Assembly (NCBI RefSeq): GCF_001194135.2
Contig: NC_068999.1
Coordinates: 10,971,852-11,029,656, forward strand
Origin: Octopus bimaculoides
Taxonomy: Eukaryota
DNA length: 57,805 bases
Direction of reading: 5' to 3'
Position numbers and translations under genes: made by a program. This document shows positions 37,096 to 50,945 of this stretch, piece by piece. The notes beneath the pieces were generated by a model. The model saw only the letters and a program-made list of their open reading frames with translations, did not search any database and was not told the DNA's origin. Within the stretch, counting starts at the first letter, position 1. Every line of letters starts with the position of its first letter.

Positions 37096-38079
37096 ATACT
37101 TCCACTAGCATTTGCATGCGGAAGACGACGGTAGTAAAGACTGGGGTATTGTAACTCCATTCCCAGTAAATTTGCCGAGTAGAAATTCCGACTAGCAAAC
37201 ACGAGCAATATAAAGATAAGTGCTTCTAATATGCTGTACATAGCGATGCATCGTATTTGGAAGAGGTCTTTGGACACTAGTGTATGCAGTAAACTGGGCT
37301 TAAGGTTGATTCTCCATGTGGATGACCCCAGTGGTTCTTTCAGTATTGTGGTACCTGTAATATGAATATATGTTTACAGGTTTGGGATATTTATGTCTCT
37401 ATGTTCTATAACATGTCAGTAAAGTCCCACAATTTCCTGTAATTTTCCTTTCTTGTCAAAATTCGTTGAAAATATCCTTCTCTAATAATCATCATTATCT
37501 CTCTTCTCTTGCTCCTCCTGCAACTTCTCATCATCATCACTATCATCAACATCAGTAGCAGCAACAGCAGTAGCAATGGCATCATCATCATCATCATCAG
37601 CATCTACAGCAGCGCAAGGTGTCAGAGACGCGTATTTAGCGATATCACAATCAACGTTTCACTATTTTCGCCTACTAAATATGTATTACTTGGGATTTTT
37701 AAAACAATGCTTCTTTAAGAAATGCTTTCTCGAGACGAATACTACAAATTATTAGGTCTTCATCGATGTATCTGCTGTGAGAATAAAACAATAATCAGAA
37801 CTTTCAACTGACACTGATTCCGTAAACAACCATGTCCCTGGAGTTTTTCATAGTATATAGAAGCTTCCTACTGTGGGAGCACGAAGAGGGACGATTCAAT
37901 GCAGGACGATTCTCACCTGCTACTAATATATTTCTTTCTTTTATTTGAAATACAACACATCTGCTAGAAATGGTACCTTGAGACGAATGCCAAGGATTTT
38001 AACATTTCCAAAATACATATTTGCCTTATGTCCGACACACATACTCATATGCATATGTGTATGTGTGTGTATATATATA

Positions 38080-38288
38080 TGTATTCTTTTATTCTTTTAT
38101 TCCTTTTAAGTCATTTGACTGCGGGCATGCTGGAGAACCACGTTTAGTCGAACAAATCGATCGCAGGACTTATTTTGGGAAGCCTTGTACTTATTATATC
38201 GGCCTTTCTTGCCGAACCGCTAAGTTACGGGGACATTAACACACCAGGATCGGTTATCAAGCGATGTTGGTTGGAAAACAGCAGACAC

Positions 38289-38320
<32 letters not shown>

Positions 38321-38359
38321 GGTTGGAAAGCAAGCTACTTACCACACAGCCACTCCTGC
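38080..38359 (-). mobile_element. Family-3 CORE-type SINE with internal (TA)n and a central deletion
   Basis: AGTCATTTGACTGCGGGCATGCTGGAG...GCCGAACCGCTAAGTTACGGGGAC...(TA)n...AAGCAAGCTACTTACCACACAGCCACTCCTGC. Confidence 0.9.
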
Positions 38360-39823
38360 NNNNNNNNNNNNNNNNNNNNNNNNNNNNNNNNNNNNNNNNN
38401 NNNNNNNNNNNNNNNNNNNNNNNNNNNNNNNNNNNNNNNNNNNNNNNNNNNNNNNNNNNNNNNNNNNNNNNNNNNNNNNNNNNNNNNNNNNNNNNNNNNN
38501 NNNNNNNNNNNNNNNNNNNNNNNNNNNNNNNNNNNNNNNNNNNNNNNNNNNNNNTATATATATATATATATTACCATATAGACACATATATATGTATACA
38601 CACACACATATATATATGTATGCACCCACACGCACGCACGCACACGCACGTCCCCCCACACACATATAAGCAGGCACATATCTACATATGTGTATAGCAA
38701 ACTGCATTTTAGCATTTATTAGAAATTAATATTACGTGTTTTTCACGTGTGTACTGTACACGAACGTACTGGCGTGTGTGTGTATGTGTGAGTGTACTAT
38801 CATGTATCATTTTGTGTGTGTCTGGCTGTCTGTGTAGCCTTCAAGCTTTCAATGTTATATCATTTTCTGTATTCATGTGTTTCCAACGGAATTAACAATA
38901 TCATGTAAAATCTGGCAGATATTCTATAGAAAGAAAATACCGAAGAAAGCAAAACAAAAAACAAAAAAAAAACAAAAAAAAAACGAAAATAAAAATAAAA
39001 AGAGAAAAGAGGAACGAACCATGCAAAAAATCAATAGACGAATGATTAAAGGAATGGATTTATAAGAGAATAAATGAATAAAGGATTGACTGATGTAATG
39101 AATGATTGGACATTTTAGTGACAAATATGAACCTTACGTATTGTGCATACACATGAATATACATATATATATATATATATATATANNNNNNNNNNNNNNN
39201 NNNNNNNNNNNNNNNNNNNNNNNNNNNNNNNNNNNNNNNNNNNNNNNNNNNNNNNNNNNNNNNNNNNNNNNNNNNNNNNNNNNNNNNNNNNNNNNNNNNN
39301 NNNNNNNNNNNNNNNNNNNNNNNNNNNNNNNNNNNNNNNNNNNNNNNNNNNNNNNNNNNNNNNNNNNNNNNNNNNNNNNNNNNNNNNNNNNNNNNNNNNN
39401 NNNNNNNNNNNNNNNNNNNNNNNNNNNNNNNNNNNNNNNNNNNNNNNNNNNNNNNNNNNNNNNNNNNNNNNNNNNNNNNNNNNNNNNNNNNNNNNNNNNN
39501 NNNNNNNNNNNNNNNNNNNNNNNNNNNNNNNNNNNNNNNNNNNNNNNNNNNNNNNNNNNNNNNNNNNNNNNNNNNNNNNNNNNNNNNNNNNNNNNNNNNN
39601 NNNNNNNNNNNNNNNNNNNNNNNNNNNNNNNNNNNNNNNNNNNNNNNNNNNNNNNNNNNNNNNNNNNNNNNNNNNNNNNNNNNNNNNNNNNNNNNNNNNN
39701 NNNNNNNNNNNNNNNNNNNNNNNNNNNNNNNNNNNNNNNNNNNNNNNNNNNNNNNNNNNNNNNNNNNNNNNNNNNNNNNNNNNNNNNNNNNNNNNNNNNN
39801 NNNNNNNNNNNNNNNNNNNNNNN

Positions 39824-39864
<41 letters not shown>

Positions 39865-40711
39865 CATGTATATGTATGTATGTTTGCATGGGTATTCGTG
39901 TTTATGAACCTCGTTACACATATGGCTGTATGTGTAAGTCTATGTGCGCGCTTTTGCATTTCCCATGTGCAACATTGCATTAAACTGCAGATGCAGTGAT
40001 TAATAAGCTGCTGCATCTGAGTGACTGGACATAGTAAGTAGAATTCAATTTGACAATTCCCGACAATGAATACAAAGGTAACCTAATTACTTCTGACTTA
40101 CTTTTTGTTATCTCGTTTCTTGTTTTATACGAGTGTCAATTTTGCCTTCCTGGTCTTTTTTTTGTATTATTTTTTATAAAGCATCTCTTCTCATTTACTT
40201 TTTTCTGCATATTGTATAAAAAAATATCTAAGCAAAAAAAAAGGTGGTGGGGAATACAATGGTCGTGTTAGCGTTGCACGTATTTACATTATAGCTATTT
40301 TCAATGTTGTTTTTATGGTTGTGATAGCTGTTTATTTGTTCATTTGTTTTAGCTTCCTATCATGGCTATAGTAGTTATTCACTACGGCTTCGCTCTTTGT
40401 TTTTGTCGTCACCGCTGTCGCTTCTCTAAATTCTGTGTTGCCGTTGTTATTGATGTTGTTTATTGTTGCTGTTGTTATAGCTACTGCAAATATGTCGATG
40501 TTACCAACATCTATTGTGGAATGTATTTTTTTTTGTTGTTGTTGTTACCATTGATCTTGTTGTTAGTGGTGATAAAGTTTATCCCTATATTGCGAGGTTT
40601 TTCCAGGCCTCTTATTCGTCAAGTCAAAGTACAAAATACTATGCAATTATACGATCAAATAATTAATACAGAACGTGCATGAATTATAAACAGTGTACTT
40701 TTAAGTTTGTA

Positions 40712-40920
40712 AAGGCACATTCCTCGGTGGTTAGTGAACCGGGTTCACAATAATGAGGTACTTAGTTCGATTCCTAGACCGGGCTGTGTGTTGTGTTCTT
40801 GAGCAAGACACTTTATTTTATATTTCTCCAGTTCGCTCAACCGCCAAGCTATATCTGCCTTTGATTGTTCCTTGGATAACATCGGTGGCGTGAAGTGGGG
40901 AGACTGGTATTTAATCCCAT
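40712..40920 (+). mobile_element. Family-1 SINE (head and central block)
   Basis: CGGTGGTTAG, AGTTCGATTCC and TTGTGTTCTTGAGCAAGACACTTTATTT, as at 679-790. Confidence 0.75.
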
Positions 40921-42017
40921 ATTTCAATATACAGTTCCGAAAATGTATTTCCTCCGCTCTCACAAAACTCAGATGCAAGTACAAGTATATAAGTGCAAGA
41001 GTATATATGTCTACATGGGTGTGTATGTGTGTGTGTGTGTGTGTGTGTGCATATGTATAAATGTATGCGTTTAGTTCATACATCTGTTATTACATATATA
41101 CGTACATGCAGACATATATACTATTTCAAACGCGACGAAATCCAGTATTTCAATGTCTGTGATTGTAATATACATACCATCCCTCTTCGAAATTCAATAA
41201 TAGTCTTCCCACTAACATGAATTGTTGTTTTTCCTTTTTTTTCTTTTTACACAAGTTCCACTGCAACTTGCACATATTTTTCGCGCTCATTATATAAATC
41301 TATCGTTGCATTCAATTGATGTCGCCATTTGGATTTTTTTGAGTAAGTATGTGTAATGTTTTGTTATATGCTTGCATGCTTGTGTGTCTGGCGTTAAGTC
41401 TCGTAGAGTTATTTTCTTTATATTCCTCGTTATGTTTTAATATGCAACTGTGATTCCGTGTGTGTTTGCATCTGTAACTATCTACGTTCTTGTATGTGTC
41501 TGTGCGTGCATGTTTGTACGTTTATGTCTATGTGTGTGCGCAAGGCTGTGTGTTCATGTATGTGTATGTGTAAAGCTAAGCAATGCGCATGCTTGGTTCC
41601 ACTGCGTAAGCCAAGATGTCTTGCATGTTTCATATCTTGCACCCGTCTTACGTTATATCGGTGTCCTCGCATTATGCATAAATATAATTTTATGAGCGCA
41701 TATAACCGAAACACGCTCACTCAGAAGAATTCACATATACACATACATGTACGCATATATACACGCGCTTATGAACGTGTTTGCATATTCTTATGCTTGT
41801 ACTTAACTAGAATATTTTAATACTTGAAATCTCGTGTTGTATGCGTCTGAACCAATTGAGTATAGATGTAAAAATATAAATAAGCACGCACTTACAGACA
41901 GACAGGGAGATACACACACACAAACGTGAACACGCACACACATGTGTATATATGTACGTATATGCATATATACATGTGTCTATATATATACATGCATCCA
42001 TAAGCACACATACACAA

Positions 42018-42068
<51 letters not shown>

Positions 42069-42504
42069 TGTGTATGTGTGCTTATGGATGCATGCATATA
42101 TATATANNNNNNNNNNNNNNNNNNNNNNNNNNNNNNNNNNNNNNNNNNNNNNNNNNNNNNNNNNNNNNNNNNNNNNNNNNNNNNNNNNNNNNNNNNNNNN
42201 NNNNNNNNNNNNNNNNNNNNNNNNNNNNNNNNNNNNNNNNNNNNNNNNNNNNNNNNTATATGTATATGTAATATATACACATATCCATATGTACACTTTG
42301 TACAGTTTAGTTTCATATTGGTTTGATATTGATCAAATGGAAATGTATTTTTCTACATCTTTAGATGTTAAAATTCAGTCGCAGTTATGACTTTCAATTT
42401 TTAATATTGCTACTTCGTGTTATTTTTTTCGCCATACACAGATGAGTCTATGTTGCCATTTTTTTAGTTCTTCATCTGTTTCTCCTTCTCCTCTCCTCTC
42501 CTTC

Positions 42505-42506
42505 TG

Positions 42507-42551
<45 letters not shown>

Positions 42552-43150
42552 TACCACAGGTTTTGTTGAATCTCTTGGTACCACGCTATCCGTTCTTTTC
42601 AGCTATCTAATACTTTACTGGTTATTCTGGCCGTGCCAAGGGGGCAAACCTTTTGTAACAGTTCTACTGGGCACTCTCTTCCAATTTCCATTATATTCCT
42701 CTTGATGACTTCTGATACTGTTCCCAAAGACCCAACAATAAATGGAACCATCTTCACCTTCATTCTCCATAGCCGGGCTATTTCGTAAGAAGGTTGTATG
42801 CATCTCTCTTTTTGCCTTCCTTCCTGACTATTCATGGGTCAAAAGGGCATGCAACGTCAGCTATATTGCATATGCAGTGCATATTGTCCACTATCACTAG
42901 ATCCGATCTGTTATGCTCAAGCACCTGATCTGTTTGGGGTGGTAAATCCCAGAGTATTTTGCTAGTCTCTGACTCCACCACTCTCTGCGGTTTATGTTCA
43001 TATCACGTCTTTCGTATCACTATCCCACTTTTCGGACATTTTTCAATGGGGCACTTTCGCTACCTGGGCGTGTTGCCACACCTTGTAATGGTTTTTGGCA
43101 AGTCTAGTGCTTTCGTTTGTGACTTTGTGAAATGTTATCTTGAATTTCGG
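42505..43150 (-). mobile_element. R4/Dong-clade LINE 3' end with restriction-like endonuclease domain, short 3' UTR and (TAA)n tail
   Basis: HYKVWQHAQVAKVPH*, YEHKPQRVVESETSKILWDL..QTDQVLEHNRSDLVIVD..IADVACPFD and YEIARLWRMKVKMVPFIVGSLGTV...ELLQKVCPLGTARITSKVLDS*, followed by about 50 bp of UTR and (AAT)n at 42505-42552. Confidence 0.9.
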
Positions 43151-44234
43151 TGACAAGACTCAATGATAAAAGACAGTGCTTTTCTGCAGGTCGACAATGC
43201 GTGTTTAACACCCCATATATGGCAGTCTTTCAGGAAACATTTATAGTGTCGTAGGAAGTGCAAAAAAAATGACTATANNNNNNNNNNNNNNNNNNNNNNN
43301 NNNNNNNNNNNNNNNNNNNNNNNNNNNNNNNNNNNNNNNNNNNNNNNNNNNNNNNNNNNNNNNNNNNNNNNNNNNNNNNNNNNNNNNNNNNNNNNNNTAT
43401 ATATATATATATATATGTATATACACATGTACACTTTTGAGCAACTCAAGAAAATATCTTATTTCACGAACTACACTGTGGTCAAGTTAGAGCACTGCCT
43501 TGAAGTATGCAACGAATAGTCAATCTAACTAACCAGAGATGACAGCTTCTGTTTGAAACACACTTAATCAGTCTCTTATTGCTGTGTCACTAAATCAATT
43601 TAATGGAGATAAATCTACAGTGGTTGCTGAGTCATTCAAAGAAAGACTAGCACATCTATAACACACATACATTCACACACACTCACATATGTACATACAT
43701 AAAATGCATAAGCACGTCAGTACGGGCGTTAGATTTCTAAATCCATGCGAAAGTTTAGGTGGAGTTACTGCTATATCTTAATTATCATTAACAAAGCAGA
43801 ATGATAAACTTATTTAAGAAGAAATTAAAAAAGGTCCGAGGTGAAAGGATGTGGAAAGACCCGTCTAACAAATGGTCATCTATTTCAAATTAACTCTGTC
43901 CCGGGTCATTCAAATTTGTAATATATGACCTGGGGTTGAATAAAATGAAAGGTTTCATCATCTCTCTGATGCGATTCTAGTAAATTAATTTAACTCTTTA
44001 TATACAAAGCCTTAATATAGTTCGTATTCTTCAATTGGGACTTGTTTTAGCGGGTTACACGGCAGTCAAGTGTTCTATGAACTGGCCTAAAGATATATAA
44101 TGTTAACGAGACATTCAGAAGACGAAGATGCGTTTCCAAAGGTTTTACATCCGTGTTTTGTCTTTTCTTTTTTTTTTCTTTTTCTTTAGTTAATTTTCTC
44201 ATTTCCATACGATTTTCAGTTCCGCACGAATGAT

Positions 44235-44302
<68 letters not shown>

Positions 44303-44367
44303 AATAATGCTATTTTGATGACGACGACGACGACAACTACAACAACAACAACAACAAAAACAACAAC

Positions 44368-44420
<53 letters not shown>

Positions 44421-44438
44421 TAATAATAATAATAATAA
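44235..44438. repeat. Compound (AAT)n-(GAC)n-(AAC)n-(AAT)n microsatellite
   Basis: Read directly from the sequence. Confidence 0.95.
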
Positions 44439-44892
44439 CAAAATAGTGACTAGATCTTCTCTGTCTTGACCTTAATGAAGTAACAAATATAGCTGTAAGG
44501 GATATTTTCGTTTCTTGCAAAAGCGACGATACATAATATTAAAACATCTGTGACAAAATTTGTTGTTAGGGTCGAAAGTAACATGACTTGCATGGTACTA
44601 GAAATAATGCGATTAGAGCGAGATGAGACAAAAGACAGACAGATGTAGCTTACCTTTATCTGCTAGAAAAGAAAAAAAAAACAACAAATATTATTCAATC
44701 CGCACCTTACACTCTTCGACTTCAAGTACACTCCATATTACGATGTAGACAAAATGACGATATATCTACTCCTGGAAAGCGATTGATCACAGCTGCCTAC
44801 ATACAGAGATTGCTGGAAGAATAACCACGCCGTGTTTTGAAAATGCCTATTACCTGCTGAAGGGAGTACAAAAAAATTACCTACTCACACTC

Positions 44893-45334
<442 letters not shown>

Positions 45335-45534
45335 TAAAAGGTATTTGATGTTAATTCAGTTAGCTGGGATGTTATCAGGTGGGCATCACCTAGCATCGCC
45401 TCAGCATCGCCCTAGTGTGGACCCAGTGTCGACCCTGTTTGGACCCATCGTGGACTAAGCATAGGCGGAAAGGGGCCATATCATTGTAACAGAATTCTCT
45501 CGGCAACCTGTAAGAGAGCGAATGAGTATATCCC

Positions 45535-46532
45535 CTATCTTTTATCTTTTACTTATTTCAGTCATTAGATTGTGGCCTTGAAGAATTATAGTCGAACAAA
45601 TCGACCCCAGTACTTGATGTTTTAATTCCCGGTACTTTTTCTATTGGTCTAAAATTCCCCAATCCCTGAGTTATGAGACCATAAACACACTGTTACCGGT
45701 TGTCAAAAGACGTTTGGGAACAACCACAAGCACGCACACACACACACACACACACAAACGTCAGTATATATATATNNNNNNNNNNNNNNNNNNNNNNNNN
45801 NNNNNNNNNNNNNNNNNNNNNNNNNNNNNNNNNNNNNNNNNNNNNNNNNNNNNNNNNNNNNNNNNNNNNNNNNNNNNNNNNNNNNNNNNNNNNNNNNNNN
45901 NNNNNNNNNNNNNNNNNNNNNNNNNNNNNNNNNNNNNNNNNNNNNNNNNNNNNNNNNNNNNNNNNNNNNNNNNNNNNNNNNNNNNNNNNNNNNNNNNNNN
46001 NNNNNNNNNNNNNNNNNNNNNNNNNNNNNNNNNNNNNNNNNNNNNNNNNNNNNNNNNNNNNNNNNNNNNNNNNNNNNNNNNNNNNNNNNNNNNNNNNNNN
46101 NNNNNNNNNNNNNNNNNNNNNNNNNNNNNNNNNNNNNNNNNNNNNNNNNNNNNNNNNNNNNNNNNNNNNNNNNNNNNNNNNNNNNNNNNNNNNNNNNNNN
46201 NNNNNNNNNNNNNNNNNNNNNNNNNNNNNNNNNNNNNNNNNNNNNNNNNNNNNNNNNNNNNNNNNNNNNNNNNNNNNNNNNNNNNNNNNNNNNNNNNNNN
46301 NNNNNNNNNNNNNNNNNNNNNNNNNNNNNNNNNNNNNNNNNNNNNNNNNNNNNNNNNNNNNNNNNNNNNNNNNNNNNNNNNNNNNNNNNNNNNNNNNNNN
46401 NNNNNNNNNNNNNNNNNNNNNNNNNNNNNNNNNNNNNNNNNNNNNNNNNNNNNNNNNNNNNNNNNNNNNNNNNNNNNNNNNNNNNNNNNNNNNNNNNNNN
46501 NNNNNNNNNNNNNNNNNNNNNNNNNNNNNNNN

Positions 46533-46586
<54 letters not shown>

Positions 46587-46752
46587 GATGGCCTTCTTTC
46601 ACATTCCTTCTACCGAATCCATACAAGACGTTGGCTGGTGCGAGCCGAGGCTATAGTAGACGATACCTGACGAAGGCGCCACGCAATGATATTGAACCCG
46701 GGACCATGTGATTCAGAAGGAAACATATAACCATATAACCACGCCTGCGCCT
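45535..46752 (-). mobile_element. Family-3 SINE whose internal CA/TA tract spans a 757-N gap
   Basis: Tail (TTTCAGTCATTAGATTGTGGCC...AAATCGACCCCAGTAC) lies left of the gap and head (GAGGCTATAGTAG...GAACCCGGGACCATGTG...CCTGCGCCTA) lies right of it, collinear with 55078-55488. Confidence 0.8.
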
Positions 46753-47156
46753 ACGATCTAAACCATTTTTTCCCGCTTGGTTTAAAATTAACACAAACCA
46801 TTATCATTTTATTACGATTGGTTTCGTCTGCAGTTACTGCTTGTACTGCTACCACCGTTACTGCTGTTGTTGCTACTGGTGTGGTCGCTATTACTGTTAT
46901 TGAAGTTCCGTTCACTTTTTCTTAGAATACCTTTCTAACAGAATAGCGAATTCTGTTTATTTTATAAAATGTTTGAAAGTGCCCTGTAGCATATTTTACA
47001 CACGATATTAAATTCTTGAAATTCTTTAACAAAAATCAATACTTTGTGTATACGTGACAATAGTCTCACACGCATACACTCACAGAGGCAGTTATTTACA
47101 CACACGCACACACACACACACACACACACATACACACACAGAGACTCACAAACACA

Positions 47157-47197
<41 letters not shown>

Positions 47198-47420
47198 ACA
47201 AAAAACAACAACACAAACATTACGTATATTGCTTGTAATAAATGTATATATGTACGTAAATGTGTCAGTGCATGTGTGTGTGTGTGGTATATATATATAT
47301 ATATATCAAATTAATGCATATTTCACTTGTTTCAGTCATTAGAATGCGGCCATGCTGGGGCACATGTATATGTCTGAATACTTACACACACACACACACA
47401 CACACACACCCACACACACA

Positions 47421-47458
<38 letters not shown>

Positions 47459-47832
47459 TATCTATATGTGCGTGTTTTGCTATAAAGATGAACATGTTTG
47501 TCTTTTGTGGATGTGTTAATTTGCTGTGTTATGATTTTCTGCATTGCATTTCAGTTCTTCTCATCTATCATTCTTTCTTATTCTGTTTCTTTCTCTTTCG
47601 TTTCGTATTGTTCTATTCACACATATCAGAGTTTCCAAAAGTGAACTTGGTTTCGCAGCTTTAGTAAGGTTGAATGCACTTGCAGGAATTCACTATTTTA
47701 TGAAAATACAGTCGAATTCGAAAATATGAGAAACAAACTTTGAAAACCTTAAACAAGGGAAAGAACTGTGTGCTGCTTTGCTTTCATTGTTACCTTTTAT
47801 TTACCTGAATACTTTTATTATTTTGGAATTAA

Positions 47833-48190
47833 TTAAAGCGGCGAGCTGGCAGAAATGTTAGCACGCCGGTCGAAATGCTTAGCGATATTTCGTTTGTCTT
47901 TACGTTCTGAGTTCAAATTTCGCCGAGGTCGACTTTACCTTTCATCCTTTCGGGTTCGATAAATTAAGTACCAGTTACGTACTAGGGTTGATCTAATCGA
48001 GTGGACCCTTCCCCAAAAATTCCGGACCTTGTGCCCAGTGTAGAAAAGAAACGTTATGACGACGGGTAAAATTCTTAGCAGCTTTTCGTCCATCTTTAAG
48101 TCCTGAGTTCAAATGCCACCACGGTCAACTTTGCTTTCATCTTTTTGGGGTCGATGAAATAAGTACCAATTGCTCAATGGTATCTATTTC
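47833..48190 (+). mobile_element. Full-length family-2 SINE (47833-48050) followed by a more diverged monomer lacking its first ~17 nt
   Basis: AAAGCGGCGAGCTGGCAGAAATGTTAGC (A box), GAGTTCAAATT (B box), central GACTTTACCTTTCATCCTTTCGGGTTCGATAAATTAAGTACCAG and tail GTAGAAAAGAA. The second copy starts ACGTTATGAC. Confidence 0.92.
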
Positions 48191-48418
48191 ATGCCGTACG
48201 CCTTTAGTAGATAAGATTGTTTGGTCAATAATTAATTGCTGTATACAAAACGTTCTAATGTTCACAGAAATACATAGAGAAAGAGATAATTATTTTTCTG
48301 AGGTTATAAAAATTTAAATATACCTGCTCCCACACGCATATATACAGACACTTTCTCTTACACGGGTTATTATCCGCTCATATAAAGTTTACCTGCCCCC
48401 GCACAAAAATTAAATAAA

Positions 48419-48473
<55 letters not shown>

Positions 48474-48966
48474 ACGAACAATGTTGCTCCCGTTACTTGA
48501 ATGACATTNNNNNNNNNNNNNNNNNNNNNNNNNNNNNNNNNNNNNNNNNNNNNNNNNNNNNNNNNNNNNNNNNNNNNNNNNNNNNNNNNNNNNNNNNNNN
48601 NNNNNNNNNNNNNNNNNNNNNNNNNNNNNNNNNNNNNNNNNNNNNNNNNNNNNNNNNNNNNNNNNNNNNNNNNNNNNNNNNNNNNNNNNNNNNNNNNNNN
48701 NNNNNNNNNNNNNNNNNNNNNNNNNNNNNNNNNNNNNNNNNNNNNNNNNNNNNNNNNNNNNNNNNNNNNNNNNNNNNNNNNNNNNNNNNNNNNNNNNNNN
48801 NNNNNNNNNNNNNNNNNNNNNNNNNNNNNNNNNNNNNNNNNNNNNNNNNNNNNNNNNNNNNNNNNNNNNNNNNNNNNNNNNNTATATATATATATACACA
48901 TATTCACACGCACACACACTCACACACTCACACACACACACACACATCCATGTACGTATATATCAA

Positions 48967-49205
48967 GCTGGTTCCAGTTGATCTCATGAACGGAACACTT
49001 TGCTCGCGGAATTAACAAGCAAGTGACTAAGCACACCACAGACATTGGAGCATTCAGCGTAGCACAGCCGATGACCCTTTGAAAAAACTGGTACTACTCA
49101 TTTTTACCAGCTTAGTAGACTGACACTGGGGCAACGTAAAATAATGTGTCTTACTCAGAGACACAACGCGTCACCGGTGACACTCTCACCACTAAATCAC
49201 GTGCC
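48967..49205 (-). mobile_element. Family-1 SINE
   Basis: Reverse complement is collinear with 745-970 (ACTCATTTTTACCAGC, AAGCAAGTGACTAAG, GTTCCAGTTGATC). Confidence 0.75.
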
Positions 49206-50906
49206 TTCACTACATATGTATGTGTGTGTGTGTGTCTGTGTGTATGTGTGTGTATGTGTGTGTGTGTGTGCGTATGTTTGTTGAGCTATATATAAATCAC
49301 CTCTGGATTGGATTAAAATTTCCGTGAAATCGTGAACAGGAATTGAACTCCTAATGTTACATACACAAAATTTGACATTACTAATTGACTCAAGGAATAT
49401 TGTCCGGTACTTTAACTTTATTTCCCACTTCTTCATCCATTTCTTGGTCAGCATTAATGCATATGTAACCACATCGTAGTTCGTTATTCTCTTCACTTGT
49501 TTAAGAAAGCTAATAATATCTCCAAACTTTTAGTTCCAATCTACTGGCTTTAAGTTACAATAGGACGTTTTCGTTGCTCAAAAGTTGTGTTTGTGTAAAT
49601 GTGTTTCCTTTCTGTTGGAATCTACAAGCAAATGCACAGGAATCGGTGTCAGCTAATTGAAGCATTTCCGTTCTTGAGAACAGACAGGAACAAAAAAAAT
49701 AACTAGGACGTGTATGCCACGCATTGAGATACTATTCCGGTAACACTGATGAGAAGCTGCGAAAATAACAAATAAGTGTTAGCTTTCGGTTTAAATCCGA
49801 CCGGACGGTGATTTTTCGGTGGAGACATACTATTTGCATAGCAACCGTATTTAGCTTGATCCATGTTTTTCTTCGTATTAAACCGGATAGGTTTTTATAC
49901 GAATTTTATGAAAGCTGAGTGCAAACACTCAGCAATTTCAAGAAAAAGATGCGATGACGTTTGTCAAACGGAATGACGGAGTTAAGAAGGATTTGTATGA
50001 GTAGGTAAAGGATTGTTAATGAACGGATAAACAGGAGAACAACACAACAGCTATTTTGTGATTGATCTCATATAACTTAATGCGTCGTGATAGGAAATAA
50101 ATAAGAAGAAGAACGAAAACAAGCGATGTGTGATGCTTTTAAAACAAAACTTCTGTTATGGAGTATTTAGAACTAAACACTGTTCTGCTTTTCTTAACAC
50201 ACATGCACACACACACATATAGACAGGAATATATATATNNNNNNNNNNNNNNNNNNNNNNNNNNNNNNNNNNNNNNNNNNNNNNNNNNNNNNNNNNNNNN
50301 NNNNNNNNNNNNNNNNNNNNNNNNNNNNNNNNNNNNNNNNNNNNNNNNNNNNNNNNNNNNNNNNNNNNNNNNNNNNNNNNNNNNNNNNNNNNNNNNNNNN
50401 NNNNNNNNNNNNNNNNNNNNNNNNNNNNNNNNNNNNNNNNNNNNNNNNNNNNNNNNNNNNNNNNNNNNNNNNNNNNNNNNNNNNNNNNNNNNNNNNNNNN
50501 NNNNNNNNNNNNNNNNNNNNNNNNNNNNNNNNNNNNNNNNNNNNNNNNNNNNNNNNNNNNNNNNNNNNNNNNNNNNNNNNNNNNNNNNNNNNNNNNNNNN
50601 NNNNNNNNNNNNNNNNNNNNNNNNNNNNNNNNNNNNNNNNNNNNNNNNNNNNNNNNNNNNNNNNNNNNNNNNNNNNNNNNNNNNNNNNNNNNNNNNNNNN
50701 NNNNNNNNNNNNNNNNNNNNNNNNNNNNNNNNNNNNNNNNNNNNNNNNNNNNNNNNNNNNNNNNNNNNNNNNNNNNNNNNNNNNNNNNNNNNNNNNNNNN
50801 NNNNNNNNNNNNNNNNNNNNNNNNNNNNNNNNNNNNNNNNNNNNNNNNNNNNNNNNNNNNNNNNNNNNNNNNNNNNNNNNNNNNNNNNNNNATATACACA
50901 TATACA

Positions 50907-50945
<39 letters not shown>

